A DNA stretch of 44,597 nt. It comes from a virus. Shown one piece after another: positions 40,769-44,597 of this stretch (its first letter is position 1; each line of letters starts with the position of its first letter). The stretch spans positions 1 to 44,597 of the IMG/VR virus record IMGVR_UViG_3300029996_000048. One strand, written 5' to 3'. Position numbers and translations under genes: made by a program. The notes beneath the pieces were generated by a model, which saw only the letters and a list, made by a program, of their open reading frames with translations, searched no databases and was not told where the DNA came from.

Positions 40769-42763
40769 TTACACCCCCGGCATTGCCGCGCTGCTTCCCG
40801 TGTCCATGTTCGGCTTAGACTGTTCGGCAAGCTTCTGCATGTACGGCGTCTGTGCGCTCTGTGCGTCAGCGTTCTTGCTCTCAATTCCACCGCTGCCGCT
40901 CTTACGTGTCGAGCCGCCACTCTGCGTGCCGCCCGCCGTTCCGATGCCCATGTCCTGTCCCGTAAGCTGCTGGATAACCGCGAGCGCCTTTTGCAGCTGA
41001 TCGCTCTGCTGCTGCACGACGTTGTAGAGCGTCGCGCCCTCGTTGACCTGGCTCTTGATCTTGTCGATTCCTTCGAAGTCCATCATGTCGAGCGCAATCA
41101 TGCTTTCCTGTGCCCTGTCTGGGGAGAAGAATCCCAGCGAATACAGCTCTTTTGCCCGCTCGTTCTGTTCCGCACGGGAGAAGGGATTCTTCTTCTGCGC
41201 CTTGATCTTGATGTCAAAGACCGGCCTGCGGAACAGGTCATTGCCGAGGCTATCCACACCAGTCACCTGATCGCCGAGCTCGTTCACGCCGATCTGCGCA
41301 TACTCGTAGGGCATTTCATTCGTGATGCGGAAAGTACGCGCTGCGTCGTAGAACTGCCGCATGCGCTCGATGCACAGCTTCACGATCTTCGCCTGCGCGC
41401 GGTAGCACGCCGAAATCATATCGCGGCTCGCCTTGTTGCCCGCTTCCTGCAATGCGCTGATCGCCGCAGCAGCTGTCGCGCCGGAGGACGTGCCGCCGTT
41501 GGAAACGTCGCGGTTTGCGCTCGTTTCCTTCATCTCGTCGATCTTCATCTGCACGATATTCGCGTAGATGGAATCGAGCGGGCGCGTCGTTACTTCGCGG
41601 AGCCTGCTCTCGTCGATCTGGCCGGACACGTGGATGATCGGCTTGCGCCAGTCAAGGAACTCTTCTTCGTTGATGTTCAGGCTTTCACTCGCAAAGTACC
41701 GGCGCTTGCTGCCCATCATTGAAGTTTCGAGGATGTTGCCCCACAGCTTGTCGATGTAGAGCTGCGGGTCCTTTGCAATGGCCGTATATCCGAATCCCGC
41801 AGGTGTGCCCTTTTCTGGGAACAGCACGTCAAACACGAACGGATATTCGCCGTCTTCGTAGAAGCCGCCCTCCGCATATTCTGGGTCATTTTCGCTGGCG
41901 TAGATGATATGCTCCTCGTCGATGAACTTCGCGTAGTGCAGCACCGTTCGCCCGTCTGCGGTCCTCTTGCGGTAATACCAGTCGATCACGGCGACCTTGT
42001 TGCTCGTGTCCACCGTGTCGTCGTACTCGTATTTCGCCGTTTCAATGCTGCTGCCGCTGAGCTTATCCGCAAACTGCGGGTATTCGTCCTCGATGATGTC
42101 GCGGTCGACGAGCGCCACCGTAAACACGTTGCGGCTCTTCTGGATGTCCTCAACACCCGGCTCCCAGAAGATATTCAGCGGGTCAATACCCTCGATAGCG
42201 ATGTCGCCGAGCCCATTGTCTTTCTCCTTGTCCCAGAACACGCCGTAGATTGCCACACCGTGTTTGAGCTTTTCCCACCACTCGAAGCTGTATGTGCTGT
42301 CAAATTCGTTGTATTCCATGATGACCGGCAGCACGGACGAGAGCGTCTGCGCGCTTTCCTCGTCGCTCTGTTCGCGAGGCAGGCATACGGGCTCGGGGTA
42401 ATTGTCCATCGCGTCGGCGTGCTTATTCATGATCGAGTTAAACAACCATGCACTCGCAGGCTCGGGCGATTCCCCCGCATCTTTCGCCCCGCGTCGGATA
42501 TCCTCCCAATGCCGCAGCTTCCACCAGCGCTCCTCGCTGATAATGCGATTCTCGAAGTTGCTCTTGCCCTGCTTGTACTTTTGCAGCGTTTCTACGGCGT
42601 CACCGATATCCTTGCTGCCGATGGCTACGCCGCTGCTCATCGCCGCGTCGCTGTCGCGGAATGCGCCTACAAGCGGCGCTTCTGCCTTTGCATCCAACAT
42701 CGCAGCAGCGCCAGCCGCGTCGGCCTGCTGCTGCGTCTGCGGGAATTTTCTCGTCCCTGCCAT
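40769..42763 (-). CDS. portal protein
   Basis: AGGAGGGG RBS before the ATG at 42763. 664 aa, immediately after terL. ETLQKYKQGKSNFENRIISEERWWKLRHWE is a portal-type motif. Confidence 0.8.
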   Translation of the reverse strand: MAGTRKFPQTQQQADAAGAAAMLDAKAEAPLVGAFRDSDAAMSSGVAIGSKDIGDAVETLQKYKQGKSNFENRIISEERWWKLRHWEDIRRGAKDAGESPEPASAWLFNSIMNKHADAMDNYPEPVCLPREQSDEESAQTLSSVLPVIMEYNEFDSTYSFEWWEKLKHGVAIYGVFWDKEKDNGLGDIAIEGIDPLNIFWEPGVEDIQKSRNVFTVALVDRDIIEDEYPQFADKLSGSSIETAKYEYDDTVDTSNKVAVIDWYYRKRTADGRTVLHYAKFIDEEHIIYASENDPEYAEGGFYEDGEYPFVFDVLFPEKGTPAGFGYTAIAKDPQLYIDKLWGNILETSMMGSKRRYFASESLNINEEEFLDWRKPIIHVSGQIDESRLREVTTRPLDSIYANIVQMKIDEMKETSANRDVSNGGTSSGATAAAAISALQEAGNKASRDMISACYRAQAKIVKLCIERMRQFYDAARTFRITNEMPYEYAQIGVNELGDQVTGVDSLGNDLFRRPVFDIKIKAQKKNPFSRAEQNERAKELYSLGFFSPDRAQESMIALDMMDFEGIDKIKSQVNEGATLYNVVQQQSDQLQKALAVIQQLTGQDMGIGTAGGTQSGGSTRKSGSGGIESKNADAQSAQTPYMQKLAEQSKPNMDTGSSAAMPGV

Positions 42764-42777
42764 GTCTTCCCCTCCTG

Positions 42778-44228
42778 TCAGTTGTGTTGGAACCACGCGT
42801 ATCTGTCGTAGCTCGGCGTATTGATGTCCAGCGGGTCGTACGAGACCAGCTTCGGCGGCTTATTTACCCGTGCCGCAATGGGATTCTCCATGCACACATA
42901 GCGTGTCATGTCGTAGATATGATCCTCCTGCTCGGTGTTCACGTCCTCAACGTCCTTTTCGTCGTAAACGAGGTTTGGCACCGTGCGAATGAAATTTTTG
43001 CACGTATCGAAGATATACAGCATCGGAACGCCGTTCTCATCGAACGCGAATCGGTTGTGCAGCTGCATCTTACCGTCGATGCGGGCGTTATCCCCCTTCT
43101 CAAAGTAGACACGCTCGCGCTCAAAGAGAGCGCCGATGCTCTCCGTGCCCTGCGTACCCCAAATGGCGGGATCGCCCACACGGAAGATGCTCCTCCCCTT
43201 GAGATTTGGGTCTTCTGCCTCAATGCGCTTCATCTCGCGGGCAACCGCCGTCGGCTCCATCTTCACGCCCTCGTTCGGCGTGCCCGTGCAGCCGTAATAT
43301 TCCCGGATGTGGTAGAGCCTCCTGTCTTGGTCGACCGCAAACCAGCCGATGGCAAACGGCCTTGAATAGCCCCAGTCCATTGCGCACCAGATCGGCCACT
43401 CCTTCGGCACATGAAACGGCGCGATGACGTGCGTATTGATGCGGTCGCGGTAGTGTTCGCTGTCATTGCGCCACTCGGTAAACACCTGCCCGGAGAACGT
43501 ATCCCAATCGCCGTAGAGCAGTGCGTTCTTTTCTGCCTCCGGCATTGACGCAAGGCGCGTCAAATAGCTGTCGTCGTTTTTGAGCAGTATCTTATTGTCG
43601 AATACCGTGCTCGGCACGAAGATTCGGCTCTTCTGCCGATGTTCTTCGTGCCCATCCGGAAAGCGCACGACCGCATCCTCGCGGATGGTCCTCATCGGCG
43701 GCGCTGCCGTGATGAAACGTTCCTTGACCCATCCGTGCCCCACGCCGCCGGGGTTCGCCGTGCTGCGGATGTATACACGCGTCCCCGGCCCGTTCGGTCG
43801 GTTGCGGGAAAAGAGGTAGCTGTATTCCTCCCACGTAAAGTGGGTCAGCTCGTCGAATGCAATAAAGTCATACGCTTGGCCTTGATACTTGATTTTGTCC
43901 TTTGCGTACTGCATCGAGCCGAAGAGTATTTTCGCCCCGCTCGGAAATGTCCACGTGTGGCTGCTGCCGTTGTAGCGCGCGCCCGGATAAATACGCGGGT
44001 AGTAGTTCAGCGTCTTGTCAATGAGCTCGGCAAGCTGCGGGAAGGTCTTTCTCAGAATGATCGCCTTGTAATACGGGATATCCACCTGCCGCAATGCCTC
44101 GATGACCAACGCATCGGATTTCCCCCCGCCTAACCGGCTGCGCCGCCGTATAGAGCCTCATCCTCCCATCGGCTCATAAAGAGTGCCTGCTTGGGCTGCG
44201 GCTTCCATACCACGCTACGCTTCGCCAT
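42778..44228 (-). CDS. terL: terminase large subunit, reading frame interrupted inside Walker A (two ORFs: 44130..44228 and 42778..~44133)
   Basis: ATG at 44228 gives MAKRSVVWKPQPKQALFMSRWEDEALYGGAAG, then TAG (44130-44132). The -1 frame continues LGGGKSDALVIEALRQ...YDFIAFDELTHF (Walker B) to 42778. Confidence 0.85.
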
Positions 44229-44597
44229 TTGCATCACCTCCCGCGTCCTGCGGAACAGGCATTACCGCGGGCAGCTCTGCCACCCCGCACACGCTCTCTC
44301 CGCCGTCGTCCTTTTTCTCGTCATTTACCCAGCGGAAGTTGTATCTCAGGCTGAATTCCGCGCCACGCTGACCGTCTCGGTCGAAGAGGCGTTCCTCTGC
44401 GTAAGCCTCGATGTGGGACTTCGCGCGCGTAACCGTGTCAACGAACTCTTTCTTCGCCTGATAGTTCAGCAGCGCTTGACGGCTTGTAAATCCAAGCGCG
44501 AGCGCCAGCCCCGTCACCGTCGGCGGTCGCTGATGAATGATAAACGGCTGCCCGAATTTGTCGAGAATCGGCATCCCGTCGTCCCCGATGATTGGCT
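44215..44597 (-). CDS. terS: terminase small subunit, C-terminal part (start lies at window position 165 across the junction)
   Basis: PPTVTGLALALGFTSRQALLNYQAKKEFVDTVTRAKSHIEAYAEERLF is the typical small-terminase HTH region. Its stop overlaps the terL start by 14 nt. Confidence 0.8.
   Translation of the reverse strand, partial: PIIGDDGMPILDKFGQPFIIHQRPPTVTGLALALGFTSRQALLNYQAKKEFVDTVTRAKSHIEAYAEERLFDRDGQRGAEFSLRYNFRWVNDEKKDDGGESVCGVAELPAVMPVPQDAGGDANGEA

Larger units (their letters stand above)
1..44597. mobile_element. complete temperate dsDNA phage genome (circularly closed contig, 77-nt end overlap)
   Basis: Full set of packaging, head, fibre, lysis, replication/recombination and lysogeny (repressor, integrase, attP) genes. 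First 77 nt are identical to the last 77 nt. Confidence 0.9.

Noticed and set aside
44130-44132. TAG in terL as evidence for stop-codon reassignment (TAG read as an amino acid)
   Set aside because: Read-through in the same frame gives ...GGAAG-x-AGGNPMRWSSRHCGR..., which loses the GKS P-loop and all terminase similarity. The other genes in the window read as ordinary uninterrupted ORFs, so nothing else points to recoding. A change of frame is required, not a recoded stop.

Overview
The window is a complete temperate dsDNA phage genome assembled as a closed circle. Nt 1-77 are repeated verbatim at 44521-44597, so the unique length is 44,520 bp, and the small-terminase gene is split by the linearisation point. 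Almost everything is read on the minus strand, in this order: (i) 12762->463, an early operon with Cro-like regulator, antirepressor, Xis-like protein, YqaJ exonuclease/RecT/SSB, replication organiser with internal iterons, DnaC-like loader, DUF1064 nuclease, HTH regulators, two DNA methyltransferases, ASCH and Lar; (ii) 165->wrap->21110, the morphogenesis operon with terS, terL, portal, Prp-like protease, scaffold, N4-gp56-type major capsid, collagen-like fibre, several fibre/RBP-like genes and a 2563-aa polyvalent virion protein; (iii) 20998->19283, the lysis cassette plus a sigma-region-4-like gene; (iv) 19101->17010, a five-gene accessory cassette next to attP. The plus strand carries the lysogeny module at 12966-16716: CI-like repressor, an AT-richer membrane-protein island, and a tyrosine integrase. 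It is followed by attP, which holds a 3' tRNA fragment flanked by GTTACCCCC arm repeats. No tail tube, sheath or tape-measure gene is recognisable, so a short-tailed virion is plausible. High GC, a Prp/L27-type processing motif, an SLH-like endolysin tail and a BclA-like gene suggest a high-GC Clostridia host; this is inference only. The points most worth a second look are: a frame break inside the TerL Walker A box that a 5-nt skip repairs exactly; the phage Prp-like protease with matching VILSLF[DE]G leaders on scaffold and capsid; the giant HEXXH-containing polyvalent protein; the attP-proximal accessory cassette behind a terminator-containing leader; and the operator/promoter layout of the switch. 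All homology calls come from remembered family signatures and gene order. No search was run.
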